Origin: Candidatus Saganbacteria bacterium
GTDB lineage: Bacteria > Margulisbacteria > WOR-1 > O2-12-FULL-45-9 > XYB2-FULL-48-7
Length of the DNA stretch: 64,000 bases
NCBI GenBank assembly: GCA_016939335.1
Contig: JAFGHC010000039.1
Location: 2,376 to 66,375, forward strand
Reading direction: 5' to 3'
Shown: in pieces, positions 29,223 through 39,061 of the stretch
Layout: each line of letters begins with the position of its first letter
Position numbering within the stretch: position 1 is the stretch's first letter
Made by a program: the position numbers and the translations under genes
Notes under the pieces: model-generated
What the model saw: the letters and a program-made list of their open reading frames with translations, nothing else
Told to the model about the DNA's origin: nothing
The model's database searches: none

Positions 29223-31613
29223 ATGTTATTAAGGCAGGCGATCGTTTGTTGCTTGCTGGCGGCGCTTGCTGGCGCGTCTTTCGCCGACGACCTTGGCCAT
29301 CTGCTCTTGAAAGGCGGCGTCAGCACGCGCGCGCTCGGGATGGGCGGGGCGTTCTCCGCCGTGGCGGACGACGCCGGCGCCGTCTTCTGCAATCCGGCCG
29401 GGCTGGCCGAGCCGGGGTTCGGCTACACCACCGGCAGCCTTGATTCGCAGCTGACCAGGAACGAGTTCACTTACAGCGCGCTCAAACTTGGCTACCTCGG
29501 TTACTCCGAAGGGAAAGTGGCCGGCCCCGGCGTCGGTCAGGTCACTTTCTCCGCCTTTGGTTTCGGCAACCGCTACGGCTGGCTCAACTGGGGGACCAAT
29601 TACAAGACGTTTAGCGCGACGATCGGCGGAGCGGCCAGTGAAGGCTGGAGCGGCGATCTCGGCCTGCTGCTGCGCATCACGCCGCAGTTCAAGGTCGGGG
29701 TCGTGGCGCGCGAAGTCCTGACGACGCAGGCGCGGCTGGCGCCGGCTTCCCTGCGGCTCGGCCTCGGCTACAGGCCGTTCAACAATAATCAGCTCGTGCT
29801 GGCGGCCGACGCCGAGCTCTATCGCTCACTCCCTTACGAAGGCCACCTGGGGGTCGAATCGAGCCTGGTCCCGGGGCTGACTTTCCGCGGCGGCCTTGAC
29901 GGCAGCCACCCGACCGCCGGCGCTTCGCTCGACCTCGCCTTTTTCACGCTCGATTACGCGCTCCAGTTCCTCCCGGGCGACCAAAATATCCAGCGCTTCG
30001 AGGCGGGGCTGAAATTCAACCTTGGCCGCGAGCGCCCCTTCTCCTTTATCAAGCCGAAGGAATTCGTCATCATCGACGTCAACGGCTTGCTCAAGGGCGG
30101 GCAGTCGGAGATCAGCCTGCTCGGCGGCTACCGGTCGGGGCTTGATAGCCTGCTCGAGCAGGTCCGCGCCGCCGAAAAGGACGGCTCGATCGACGGGATC
30201 TTCCTCCGCCTGGGCGGCTTTTCCGGCGGGCTGGGGGGCGCGGCAGTCGTCCAAGAACTGCGCGCCGAGCTGCTGCGCGCCAAAAACAAGGGGAAGAAGA
30301 TTATCGCCTATGTCGAGGACTCGGCGCTCGGCGACGAATATTATCTTGCCTCGGTCGCCGACAAGATCGTGGCGGCCCCGGGGGCGGCGATCGGCGGCTT
30401 CGGCCGCAGCCTCGAGATTTACCGCTTCGGCGGCCTGTTCAAGAAATTCGGCGTCGATTACCAGGTGAAGTATAAAGGCAAGTACAAGTCTTCCTTCGAC
30501 TGGCTTGCCGGTTCGCTGAGCGCCGAGCAAAAAGAGATGATGGAAGGGCTCGTTGGCGATATTTACCGGCAGATGCTGACCGATATCGCGGCCAGCCGTA
30601 AGATGAAGATCGAGAAGGTCAAGGAGATCGGCGACGGGATGATCTTCCCGGCCGGCCTGGCGCTCAAGATGGGGCTGATCGACCGGGTCGGTTTCTTCCG
30701 CGACGCCTCGGTCGCCGCCAACGAGCTTTACGGCAACAAGGACGAAGTCAAGATCGTCCAGCCCAACCTGCTTGAGCCCGAAGAGTCGTTCTTCAGCCAG
30801 CTCTTCGGCGTGGCGGTGATCGAGGTTGACGGCGAGATCGTCGAGGGCGACAGCGGCCAGAACCTAGTCTTCGGCGGCAGCTATGTCGGCGCCGACAAGC
30901 TCGCGCGCGACATCCGCGGCGCGGCCGATGATCCGTTCGTCAAGGCGCTGCTCGTGCGCGTCAACAGCCCGGGCGGCTCGGCGGTCGCCGCCGGCGAGAT
31001 CTACCAGGCGCTCCAGTACGCGCGGGAAAAGAAAAAAGTCATTATCGCCTCGCTGGGCGACGTCGCCGCCTCGGGCGGCTATTATGTGGCGGTCGCCGCC
31101 GACAAGATCGTGGCCGATCCTTCCAGCATCACCGGCAGCATCGGCGTGATCGGCGCCTTCCCCGTCTATCACCGGCTGATGGAAAACTGGGACGTGGCCG
31201 CCGACGAGGTCAAGGAGGGGGCGCACGCCGACATGTTCTCCGGCCTCCGCCGCTTCTCGACGATCGAGAGCGAAGCGGTCGACCGGATCTTTGACGAAAC
31301 ATACCGGACGTTCGTCAATGCGGTGGCGGCCGGCCGGAAGCTGGCGACCGCCGAAGTGGAAAAGCTGGCGCAGGGCCGCGTCTATACCGGCAACCAGGCG
31401 CTGGCGGTCAAACTGGTCGACAAGCTTGGCGGCTTCAGCGACGCGGTCGAACTGGCCAAGTCGGAGGGAAAGGTCAAAGGCGAGGTGCGGCTCATCTATT
31501 ACCGGCGGCTCAATCCGCTGCTGCAGTTCGGGCAGGGGGTCAGTTCAGCTCTCGGCTTCCGCCAGCCGTTGCTCGATCTGCCGGCCCTGGGCCGGACGTT
31601 ACAATATAAGTGA
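29223..31613 (+). CDS. sppA: SppA (S49, tandem domains) fused to an N-terminal PorV/FadL-like beta-barrel region
   Basis: Signal peptide; RALGMGGA..AVADDA.AVFCNPAGL; GKYKS, RVNSPGGS, AASGGYY, TGSIGV, QGRVYTG. Confidence 0.88.
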   Translation: MLLRQAIVCCLLAALAGASFADDLGHLLLKGGVSTRALGMGGAFSAVADDAGAVFCNPAGLAEPGFGYTTGSLDSQLTRNEFTYSALKLGYLGYSEGKVAGPGVGQVTFSAFGFGNRYGWLNWGTNYKTFSATIGGAASEGWSGDLGLLLRITPQFKVGVVAREVLTTQARLAPASLRLGLGYRPFNNNQLVLAADAELYRSLPYEGHLGVESSLVPGLTFRGGLDGSHPTAGASLDLAFFTLDYALQFLPGDQNIQRFEAGLKFNLGRERPFSFIKPKEFVIIDVNGLLKGGQSEISLLGGYRSGLDSLLEQVRAAEKDGSIDGIFLRLGGFSGGLGGAAVVQELRAELLRAKNKGKKIIAYVEDSALGDEYYLASVADKIVAAPGAAIGGFGRSLEIYRFGGLFKKFGVDYQVKYKGKYKSSFDWLAGSLSAEQKEMMEGLVGDIYRQMLTDIAASRKMKIEKVKEIGDGMIFPAGLALKMGLIDRVGFFRDASVAANELYGNKDEVKIVQPNLLEPEESFFSQLFGVAVIEVDGEIVEGDSGQNLVFGGSYVGADKLARDIRGAADDPFVKALLVRVNSPGGSAVAAGEIYQALQYAREKKKVIIASLGDVAASGGYYVAVAADKIVADPSSITGSIGVIGAFPVYHRLMENWDVAADEVKEGAHADMFSGLRRFSTIESEAVDRIFDETYRTFVNAVAAGRKLATAEVEKLAQGRVYTGNQALAVKLVDKLGGFSDAVELAKSEGKVKGEVRLIYYRRLNPLLQFGQGVSSALGFRQPLLDLPALGRTLQYK

Positions 31614-31857
31614 TGTCGTCAGGGTAGATCATCCCCAGCTTCGTTTTTGCCGTTTTTTCGATATAAGCGAGGTCCTCTTCCCGGGCCGCCTGGCTTCCCA
31701 GCGTCCGCGCCAGGCTGCTCAATTCCGCCCGCTTGATCTTCAGGTCGGTGATCCGGTAGGTCAGCGCCATGTTCTGCGCGTACATGTATAAATGGGCGGC
31801 GGCCAGGACCAGGAAGAGGATGAGGACCGCGACCGCTTTCCGGAAATTACTGTTCAT
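31540..31857 (-). CDS. ftsL: FtsL-like cell division protein
   Basis: Follows rsmH with ATGA overlap; TM, coiled coil and IEKTAKTKLGMIYP. Confidence 0.75.
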   Translation of the reverse strand: MNSNFRKAVAVLILFLVLAAAHLYMYAQNMALTYRITDLKIKRAELSSLARTLGSQAAREEDLAYIEKTAKTKLGMIYPDDITYIVTSGPGPADRATAGGSRELN

Positions 31858-32723
31858 AGTTTCTCCGCCGCCCGCAGCTTGGCGCTCCGCGCCCGCGGGT
31901 TGCCCGCCAGTTCGGCCACCCCGGCCGTCACCGGCTTTTTGGTCAGCGGCTTCAGTATACCATTTTGGGCGGCTGACCTGAACAGCCGCTTGACGGCCCG
32001 GTCCTCCAGCGAATGGTAAGAAATAACGACGAGCCGCCCCCCCGGTTTGAGGAGCCCCAGCGCCTGGCCAAGCGCCAGTTTCAAGCTGTTCAGCTCGTCG
32101 TTGACGGCGATGCGCAGCGCCTGGAAGACGCGGGTGACCGACTCTCTTTTCTTCCACGTCGGGATCGCCTTTTCCACGATCCCTTTTAACTCAAAGGTGC
32201 TTGTCACGGGCCGCGAGTCGCGGGTCGCGACGATCGCCTTGCTGATCCGGCGGGAGAACTTCTCTTCCCCGCACTCATAAAAGAGCTTCGTCAGCTCTTC
32301 GGCCGGCCAGTTATTGACGATCTCGGCGGCGGTCAGCTTGCCGCGCCGGTCCATCCTCATGTCGAGCGGCCCGTCATGCTGCAGGCTGAAGCCGCGCCCC
32401 CCTTCGTCGAGCTGGTAGGAGGAAACTCCGAGGTCAAAAAGTATCCCGTCGACTTTTTCTTTGACGTGCTCTTTTAGGCGCGCGAAGTTATCGTGGACGT
32501 ATTCGATGTCCGAAAAGCCGGCTAAGTTCTTCCGGGCAGCTGCCAACGCGTCGGCGTCCCGGTCAAAGCCGATAATTTTGATTTTTGATCTTTGATCTTT
32601 GATTTTAGACGCGTGCCCCCCGCCGCCCAGCGTTGCGTCCACAAAAACCTTGCCGTCCGCCGGTTTCAGGAACGCCGCCGCCGCTTCGGCCAGCACGGGC
32701 TCGTGTTGATAGGCAATGGTCAT
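31854..32723 (-). CDS. rsmH: 16S rRNA m4C1402 methyltransferase
   Basis: HEPVL, DATLGGGGH, DLGVSSYQLD, PLDMRMD, FQALRIAVNDEL, SYHSLEDR, NPRARSAKLR. Confidence 0.97.
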   Translation of the reverse strand: MTIAYQHEPVLAEAAAAFLKPADGKVFVDATLGGGGHASKIKDQRSKIKIIGFDRDADALAAARKNLAGFSDIEYVHDNFARLKEHVKEKVDGILFDLGVSSYQLDEGGRGFSLQHDGPLDMRMDRRGKLTAAEIVNNWPAEELTKLFYECGEEKFSRRISKAIVATRDSRPVTSTFELKGIVEKAIPTWKKRESVTRVFQALRIAVNDELNSLKLALGQALGLLKPGGRLVVISYHSLEDRAVKRLFRSAAQNGILKPLTKKPVTAGVAELAGNPRARSAKLRAAEKL

Positions 32724-32740
32724 TATGCTAGCATTATAGC

Positions 32741-33520
32741 ATGACCGTTCTCGACGATATTATTGCCGACAAGCGCCGGGAAGTCGCCGCCCTCAAGGCC
32801 CGCGGGGGCCCCGGCAAGCTCGAGACGCTGGTCGGTCAGCTTCCCGCCCCGCGAGATTTCCTGGCCGCGCTGCCGCGCGGCAGGATGTCGCTCATCGCCG
32901 AGATCAAGAAAGCTTCCCCTGCGGCCGGCGTGCTGGCGGAGCGGTTCGAGCCGGCCGCTCTCGCCCGGGCTTATGAGGAGGGCGGGGCGGCGGCGCTCTC
33001 GGTCCTGACCGACGGCAAGTATTTCCAGGGGAAGCTCGCTGACCTCAAGGCCGCCAAGGACCCGACCACCATCCCCGTCCTGCGCAAGGACTTCATCATC
33101 GACGAGGCGCAGCTTTATGAATCGCGTATCAACGGCGCCGACGCCGTCCTGCTGATCGCCGCCGTCCTCGCGCCGGCGCAGCTGAAGAATTATCTTGAGC
33201 TTGCGCACCGGCTGCGAATGCCCTGCCTGGTCGAGATCAGGGACGGGGCGGAGGCCGAGCGGGCCCTGAAGGCCGGCGCGCGGCTTATTGGCATCAATAA
33301 CCGCGACCTTAAGACATTTAAAGTGGATTTCAGGACGACCCTGGACCTGCTGGCAAAATATCCGGAACTGAAAAAAAAGGTCATCGTTTCCGAAAGCGGC
33401 ATCATTGCCGCGGAGCAGGTCGGGGAGTTGCGAGCGGCCGGCGTTTCCGCTGTCCTGGTCGGCACCAGCCTCATGACCAGCCCTGACATTGGGAAGAAGA
33501 TAAGGGAACTGTTGGGATGA
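32741..33520 (+). CDS. trpC: Indole-3-glycerol phosphate synthase
   Basis: IAEIKKASP, LSVLTD, LRKDFI, GINNRDL, SESGI. Confidence 0.96.
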   Translation: MTVLDDIIADKRREVAALKARGGPGKLETLVGQLPAPRDFLAALPRGRMSLIAEIKKASPAAGVLAERFEPAALARAYEEGGAAALSVLTDGKYFQGKLADLKAAKDPTTIPVLRKDFIIDEAQLYESRINGADAVLLIAAVLAPAQLKNYLELAHRLRMPCLVEIRDGAEAERALKAGARLIGINNRDLKTFKVDFRTTLDLLAKYPELKKKVIVSESGIIAAEQVGELRAAGVSAVLVGTSLMTSPDIGKKIRELLG

Positions 33521-34560
33521 AAATCCGAAATCCGAAATCAGAAATACGAAATAATTTCGAAATTCGAAATTCGAATTTCCTTCGAATTTCGTTATTCGTA
33601 TTTCGGATTTGCGCGCTCTCATTAGTGGCGGCATCCGCTTTCGCCCTCGGCGAGGTCCCCGCCACTAGCGAAATAATCAACCCGTCGGTCGCTTACGTCC
33701 GGGAGTTCGGTTCGGGCGGCTCCGGTGAGCGCCAGTTCTACTTTCCGCAGGACGTCAGGTCGGCCCAGCTCGGCGACCTCGAGACGGCGCTCAATAATCT
33801 CTATATCGCCGACACCGGCAACAACCGGGTCCAGCGGCTCGACGAGAACGGCGGTTTCGTCTACCAGTTCGGCGGCTTCGGCCACGAGGACGGCAGGTTC
33901 AACACGCCGGTCGGCATCGCCGTCGACTTCAATTTCCGCCTTTATGTTTCGGAAAAAGACAGCGACCGGATCCAGCAGTTCGACATACGCGGCAACTTCC
34001 TCCGCGAGGTCGGCAGCGGCGAGGTCAACCTGCGCGCCCTCCAGGACCCGGCCGGCCTCGACGTCGACTCGCTCGGTTATCTTTACGTCGCCGATTCGGG
34101 CAACGACCGGGTGCTGAAGTTCGATCCCGCGGGCAATTTCGTCAGCGAAGTCGGCGGCTTCGGCATCGGCCCCGGCTTTCTCAACAAGCCGCTCGATGCG
34201 GCGGCCGACCGCGACCGCAACATTTACGTGGCCGACACCGGCAATAACCGGGTCCAGAAGTTCGATTTTGACGGCCGCCCCGTCTTCTCCTTCGGCCGCT
34301 CCGGCGGCGGGCCGGGCGAGCTGTCGGCCCCTTCGGCGCTCGCGGTCGACGACAAGTTCATTTATGTTTCCGACACCGGCAACGACCGCCTCTGCCTTTT
34401 TTCCCGGCAGGGGAAGTTCCTCCTTGCTTTCGGCCAGAAAGGGGCGGGGCCGGGCGAATTCAACGCGCCGCTCGGGCTCAGCCTCGGCCGGCAGGGGCGC
34501 ATTTACGTTGCCGACAGCGGCAATCACCGGATCGTTGAGCTTAGGGTAAAATGGCGCTAA
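33517..34560 (+). CDS. Secreted NHL-repeat beta-propeller protein
   Basis: About six YVADTGNNRVQKF-type repeats; N-terminus is repeat-derived and ends ..AASAFA. Confidence 0.9.
   Translation: MKIRNPKSEIRNNFEIRNSNFLRISLFVFRICALSLVAASAFALGEVPATSEIINPSVAYVREFGSGGSGERQFYFPQDVRSAQLGDLETALNNLYIADTGNNRVQRLDENGGFVYQFGGFGHEDGRFNTPVGIAVDFNFRLYVSEKDSDRIQQFDIRGNFLREVGSGEVNLRALQDPAGLDVDSLGYLYVADSGNDRVLKFDPAGNFVSEVGGFGIGPGFLNKPLDAAADRDRNIYVADTGNNRVQKFDFDGRPVFSFGRSGGGPGELSAPSALAVDDKFIYVSDTGNDRLCLFSRQGKFLLAFGQKGAGPGEFNAPLGLSLGRQGRIYVADSGNHRIVELRVKWR
33519..33610. repeat. Family A element inside the NHL gene 5' end
   Basis: aaatccgaaatccgaaatcagaaatacgaaat...ttcgaatttcgttattcgtatttcggattt. Confidence 0.85.
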
Positions 34561-34680
34561 AATCCGAATATCGAAATTCGAAATACGAAACGAATTCGAA
34601 ATCCGAAACAGAGAAAACCGTTTTAGAAATTCGAATTTTCCCCGTTTGTTTCGAGATTCGATATTCGAATTTCGGATTTA
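34558..34680. repeat. Family A MITE-like element
   Basis: aaatccgaatatcgaaattcgaaatacgaaac...gtttcgagattcgatattcgaatttcggattt. Confidence 0.88.
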
Positions 34681-34710
34681 AACCGGCAAGCCGGCAAGGG
34701 GGCAGGTTAA

Positions 34711-35049
34711 ATGAATGATTGCCTCTTCTGTAAAATAGCGGCGAAGCAAATACCGAGCAGCGCGGTCTACGAAGACGACAAAGTCTTTGCCTTTAACGAC
34801 ATCGCTCCCCAGGCGCCGACGCACATCCTCGTCATACCGAAAGAGCATGTCGCCACGCTGGCCGACGTCAAGGATTACTCCGTCCTGGCCGACATTTTCC
34901 GCGTCGTCAATAAACTGGCGGCCGAGCGCGGCCTTGACAAGACCGGCTACCGCACGGTGATCAACACCGGCCGCGCCGCCGGCATGGCCGTGCATCATCT
35001 GCATATCCATCTGCTTGGTGGCCGCGACTTCTCCTGGCCGCCGGGCTGA
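34711..35049 (+). CDS. HIT family nucleotide-binding protein
   Basis: CLFCKI, DIAPQAPTHILVIPK, HLHIHLLGGR..WPPG. Confidence 0.95.
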   Translation: MNDCLFCKIAAKQIPSSAVYEDDKVFAFNDIAPQAPTHILVIPKEHVATLADVKDYSVLADIFRVVNKLAAERGLDKTGYRTVINTGRAAGMAVHHLHIHLLGGRDFSWPPG

Positions 35050-35059
35050 CAAAATTCCC

Positions 35060-35087
35060 CGAAATTTTTTCCGGCTTCCCCCGATAA
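35060..35087 (+). promoter_or_regulatory. Sigma-28-like promoter motif
   Basis: CGAAATTT-N12-CCCGATAA. Confidence 0.7.
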
Positions 35088-35105
35088 GCTTATTGAGGTG
35101 AGACC

Positions 35106-36152
35106 ATGGCTGCTTCGGCTTTGTACCTGAAGGGCAACTATTCAAAACGCTTTTACCCGCTGCTGATCGATAAAAGAGTCATCGCGAGCGACCCCCGGCT
35201 GCACGCGACTCCCGGCGTCAGGGCGCAGGTCAGGCGGGCCGGTGATTTTATCATTGATCTGACGACGGAGGGGGTGCAGACAAGGGAACAAGGTATTATG
35301 CCGTTCCCCTCAATTTATATCAGGCTTGCGCACGGCCATGGCAATGAAGGAGTGCGCCAGATATTTTCGACCGAGGAGGAACTTGACCGGCTCGGCGGTC
35401 CGTTCGACCTTGCCGCGCGGGTCGTGTCAGGGGCGTTTTTCGTTTACCGGGGCGGTTTGCGCGGCGCGGAGATCATGGTATCGCCCGCCTGGCATGAATT
35501 GCTGGAACCCGACTGGCGCCAGGCCCAGCATGTCTGGGTGCGCGATCCCGTCGCCAACCCGGAGCCCGATCCACCCGGCTTGCCCTGGCGGACGATCCCT
35601 TATTTTCTGCCGGTCCCGGGGATGGTGCTCAAGGCGAGTTTTATGGAAAACAGCCAAAAGATCGTCCGGGGCGAGTTCTTTTTCCGGACGGTGAACGGCC
35701 AGGCGCGCGGCTTTTTTCGTTATAACGGGACGGCCCGCACTTATTTGATCCGGCCTGACAAGATCACGTATCTCGGCGATGAACAGGCGGGGCGTGCCAG
35801 CTTCGAGCTGGCGAAGTTCAGGACGATGCTGGGCGAGCGCCCTGCGCTAACCGACTACTCATTCTATAAAAAATGCTGGGGCGAACAGATCCAATTTGGC
35901 GATAAACTGCTCATCTTTATCCAGCCGGCCGATTTCCAATTCCTGGACAGGGAAGGGGTCTATTTCTTACGGTTGGTCCGGCACGAGCGCGATCTTTATC
36001 TTTTTTGTCACCGGGACGCTTCCTCCCCGCGTCCGCTCGCCTGGGGCTGCCGGTTCCTGACCGAAGATGGGCAGCTGCCGCTCAGTCCGTTTATGACCGC
36101 CCGCCGCCCTGAGGATAATATGCCGGAGTTTGGTATAATAGCGAACACCTAA
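35106..36152 (+). CDS. Orphan hypothetical protein
   Basis: 348-aa ORF, GAGGTG RBS; aromatic/Arg-rich and likely beta-rich. Confidence 0.78.
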   Translation: MAASALYLKGNYSKRFYPLLIDKRVIASDPRLHATPGVRAQVRRAGDFIIDLTTEGVQTREQGIMPFPSIYIRLAHGHGNEGVRQIFSTEEELDRLGGPFDLAARVVSGAFFVYRGGLRGAEIMVSPAWHELLEPDWRQAQHVWVRDPVANPEPDPPGLPWRTIPYFLPVPGMVLKASFMENSQKIVRGEFFFRTVNGQARGFFRYNGTARTYLIRPDKITYLGDEQAGRASFELAKFRTMLGERPALTDYSFYKKCWGEQIQFGDKLLIFIQPADFQFLDREGVYFLRLVRHERDLYLFCHRDASSPRPLAWGCRFLTEDGQLPLSPFMTARRPEDNMPEFGIIANT

Positions 36153-36245
36153 ATCAGAATATTGAATATCGAAACTCGAAATAATTGGGGCAAAATTCGA
36201 ATTTCGAATTCCCTTCGAATTTCGAGATTCGGTTTTCGAATTTAG
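36150..36245. repeat. Family A element
   Basis: aaatcagaatattgaatatcgaaactcgaaat...ttcgaatttcgagattcggttttcgaattt. Confidence 0.85.
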
Positions 36246-36255
36246 AAGGCATGAG

Positions 36256-36543
36256 GTGACTAAAATGAACATGTTCGGCAATTTAGGCAAGATGGGCGAG
36301 ATGATCAAGCAGGCGAGGGCGATGAAGGACGCGATGTCGAAGATCAGGTGCGAAGGCGAGGCGGGCGGCGTCAGAGTTGCCGTGAGCGGCGAGATGAACA
36401 TTCTCGAGGTCAGGATCCCGCCCGACATGAACGGCGCGAAAGCCGAAGGCCTGGTCAAAGAAGCGGCGAACAAGGCTTTACGCTCGGCGCAGATGGAAGC
36501 GGCCAAGCGGATGCAGGGGATGGGCGGGTTTCCGGGGATGTAG
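36256..36543 (+). CDS. YbaB/EbfC nucleoid-associated protein
   Basis: MIKQA..M, GEAGG.VRVAVSG, VKEAANKAL; start uncertain (36256-36271). Confidence 0.85.
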   Translation: MTKMNMFGNLGKMGEMIKQARAMKDAMSKIRCEGEAGGVRVAVSGEMNILEVRIPPDMNGAKAEGLVKEAANKALRSAQMEAAKRMQGMGGFPGM

Positions 36544-36548
36544 GCCCC

Positions 36549-37010
36549 CTAGCCCCTAGCCCCTTTGTCAATAAGCTCGGCAAATTTCCAGGCCATCATA
36601 AAGATCTCCCGCAGTTGTCTGGAAGTAGGCCTTTCAATAACGCTAATGCTGTGCCCGCTTTTGCCGGGTCCAAGCGGTTCGATCCAGAGAAAACGCTGGC
36701 GGACTGGCGGCCTGGCCCTGTTCGTCCCTTCGCCTCCCAATATATTTGTCATCAGCGCGTCCACTTCTGAACTGGAAAGGCGGGGAAGTTTTCTCCCCGG
36801 GGCGGCGGCGCCATTTTTTTGCGGCCCAAAATATATTTCAGCCGAGGTGAGAGTGGCGATGCCGCTGGCCGCCAGGCGCGCATTATAAGCCGCTACCCGC
36901 AGTGTTCTTAATGTGATCGGTTTCGGCCTGACCATCAGTTCATTCCCGCTCATAGTAATTTCCTTTCCGCGCTCCTGGTTCCCGGCCGCAGCGTTCGCGC
37001 GTTCGTACAT
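36549..37010 (-). CDS. Orphan hypothetical protein (probable start 36953)
   Basis: ORF with GGAAAGGA RBS before ATG 36953; sigma-28-like motif upstream. Confidence 0.65.
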   Translation of the reverse strand: MYERANAAAGNQERGKEITMSGNELMVRPKPITLRTLRVAAYNARLAASGIATLTSAEIYFGPQKNGAAAPGRKLPRLSSSEVDALMTNILGGEGTNRARPPVRQRFLWIEPLGPGKSGHSISVIERPTSRQLREIFMMAWKFAELIDKGARG

Positions 37011-37014
37011 ATGT

Positions 37015-37043
37015 ATATCGGGGGATTTCGGGGGGGGATTTCA
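37015..37043 (-). promoter_or_regulatory. Sigma-28-like promoter motif
   Basis: TGAAATCC-N13-CCCGATAT. Confidence 0.6.
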
Positions 37044-37050
37044 GGGGAAT

Positions 37051-38856
37051 TTATTTGTTGCGCGCGCGCTCATTCTCCGTCAGCAGCTTCTTCCGCAGGC
37101 GTATGTTATGCGGCGTCACTTCCACCAGCTCGTCGTCGTCGATGAATTCGAGCGCCTGCTCGAGCGTCAGCCTGATCGGCGGCGTCAGCTTGATCGCCTC
37201 GTCGGCGCCGGCCGCGCGGATGTTCGTCTGCTTCTTCTCCTTGGTCGGGTTGACCGTCATGTCGGAACGGCGGGCGTTCTCTCCCACGATCATCCCCTCA
37301 TAAACTTCGACCCCGGGCCCGACGAACAGCCGCGAGCGCTCCTGCAGGTTGTCGAGCGCGTAAGAAGCGGTCTTGCCGAAGTTGCCGGAGACCAGCACCC
37401 CGTTCTGCCGCTTGGCGATCTCCCCCTTCATCCGCTCGTAACGGGCGAAGGCGTGGTGGAGCAGCCCTTCGCCCTTCGTGTCCATGATGAACTGGGCGCG
37501 GAAGCCGAGGAGGCCCCGCGTCGGCACCAGGTAGACCAGCGTCGTCGTCCCGCTGCGCGACGACATCTCCTGCATCTCGCCGCGGCGCTTGCCCAGGCTT
37601 TCGATCACCACGCCGGCGTGCTCGTCGGGGACGCTGATGATCGCCTGTTCGATCGGCTCCATCTGCTCGCCGTGCACCGTCTTGAAGATCACCTGCGGCT
37701 GGGAGACCTGCACCTCGTACCCCTCGCGCCGCATCGTCTCCAGCAGGATCGAGAGATGGAGCTCGCCGCGCCCCGAGACCCTGAAGCCCTCGGCCCCGCC
37801 CAGGTCCTCCACCTTTAGCCCGACGTTCGTCTGCAGCTCGCGCTCCAGCCGCTCCCGCAGGTGGCGGTTGGTCACGTACTTCCCTTCGCGCCCGGCGAAG
37901 GGCGAGTCGTTGACCAGGAAGTCCATGTTCAGCGTCGGCTCGTCGATCTGGAGTAGCGGCATCGGCCGGGGATTGTCGGCCGCGCAGATCGTTTCGCCGA
38001 TCGTGATCCCTTCGATCCCGGCGACCGCGGCGATGTCGCCGCACTCGACAGTTTCGACTTCGACCTGCTTCAGCCCCTCGAAGATGGAGAGCCTGCTGAT
38101 CTTGCCGGGCTGGACCGAGCCATCGCGCTTGCAGACGGCGATGGTCATGTTCTTCTCCAGCCGGCCGCCCGTCACCCGCCCGATCGCGATCCGGCCGACG
38201 TAGTCGTCATAAGCCAGGTTGGTCACCTGCATTTGCAGCAGAGCGGCGCTCCGGTCGGGGTAAGGGGAAACGCGCCCGAAGATCGCGTCGAAGAGCGGCC
38301 CCAGGTCTTTCCGCTCGTCGGTCATCTCCTTCATTGCCACCCCTTCACGCGAAACGCAGTAAACCACCGGAAAATCCAGTTGTTCATCAGTCGCGTCCAG
38401 TTTAACGAAAAGGTCGAAGATCAGGTCGATCACCTTGTGGGCGCGCCGTCCTTCTTTGTCGACCTTGTCGATCTTGTTGATGACAACGATCGGCCGCAGG
38501 CCGAGCTTGAGCGATTTGGCCAGCACGAACTTGGTCTGGGGCATCGGCCCTTCCTTGGCGTCGACCAGGAGGAGGACGCTGTCGACCATCTTCAGCACCC
38601 GCTCGACCTCCGAACCGAAGTCGGCGTGGCCCGGCGTATCGACGATGTTGAGCTTGACCCCCTGATAGCGGATCGAGCAGTTCTTGGAGAGGATCGTGAT
38701 GCCGCGCTCCCGCTCGAGGTCGTTCGAGTCCATCACCAGCTCCGGGACCTCGTCCCGCTCGCCGAAGGCGCCCCCCTGGCGGAGCAGGTGGTCGGTCAGC
38801 GTCGTTTTGCCGTGGTCGACGTGCGCGATGATCGCGAGATTTATTATCTTCGTCAC
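37051..38856 (-). CDS. typA: Translational GTPase TypA/BipA
   Basis: [44 protein letters not shown]; GTG start 38856. Confidence 0.97.
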   Translation of the reverse strand: MTKIINLAIIAHVDHGKTTLTDHLLRQGGAFGERDEVPELVMDSNDLERERGITILSKNCSIRYQGVKLNIVDTPGHADFGSEVERVLKMVDSVLLLVDAKEGPMPQTKFVLAKSLKLGLRPIVVINKIDKVDKEGRRAHKVIDLIFDLFVKLDATDEQLDFPVVYCVSREGVAMKEMTDERKDLGPLFDAIFGRVSPYPDRSAALLQMQVTNLAYDDYVGRIAIGRVTGGRLEKNMTIAVCKRDGSVQPGKISRLSIFEGLKQVEVETVECGDIAAVAGIEGITIGETICAADNPRPMPLLQIDEPTLNMDFLVNDSPFAGREGKYVTNRHLRERLERELQTNVGLKVEDLGGAEGFRVSGRGELHLSILLETMRREGYEVQVSQPQVIFKTVHGEQMEPIEQAIISVPDEHAGVVIESLGKRRGEMQEMSSRSGTTTLVYLVPTRGLLGFRAQFIMDTKGEGLLHHAFARYERMKGEIAKRQNGVLVSGNFGKTASYALDNLQERSRLFVGPGVEVYEGMIVGENARRSDMTVNPTKEKKQTNIRAAGADEAIKLTPPIRLTLEQALEFIDDDELVEVTPHNIRLRKKLLTENERARNK

Positions 38857-38890
38857 AAATTCATTATAGCATGGGAAATCACCGCAAATT

Positions 38891-38910
38891 CCACACACTT
38901 TAGTGTGTGG
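38891..38910. repeat. REP/IS200-605-like hairpin
   Basis: CCACACAC-TTTA-GTGTGTGG; exact reverse complement at 62648-62667. Confidence 0.75.
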
Positions 38911-39061
38911 TTTCAATCTTATTCGCTTTGGCCAGATTCTGGGGGAAACTCCACAGCACTTGACATTTGTAACTGTTAACTTGCCGGCCCGTTCAAATTG
39001 CATCGTGATGAAACGCCCGGGAATGGTTAAGCTTCCCCATCTTATTTGATATAATAACTCC

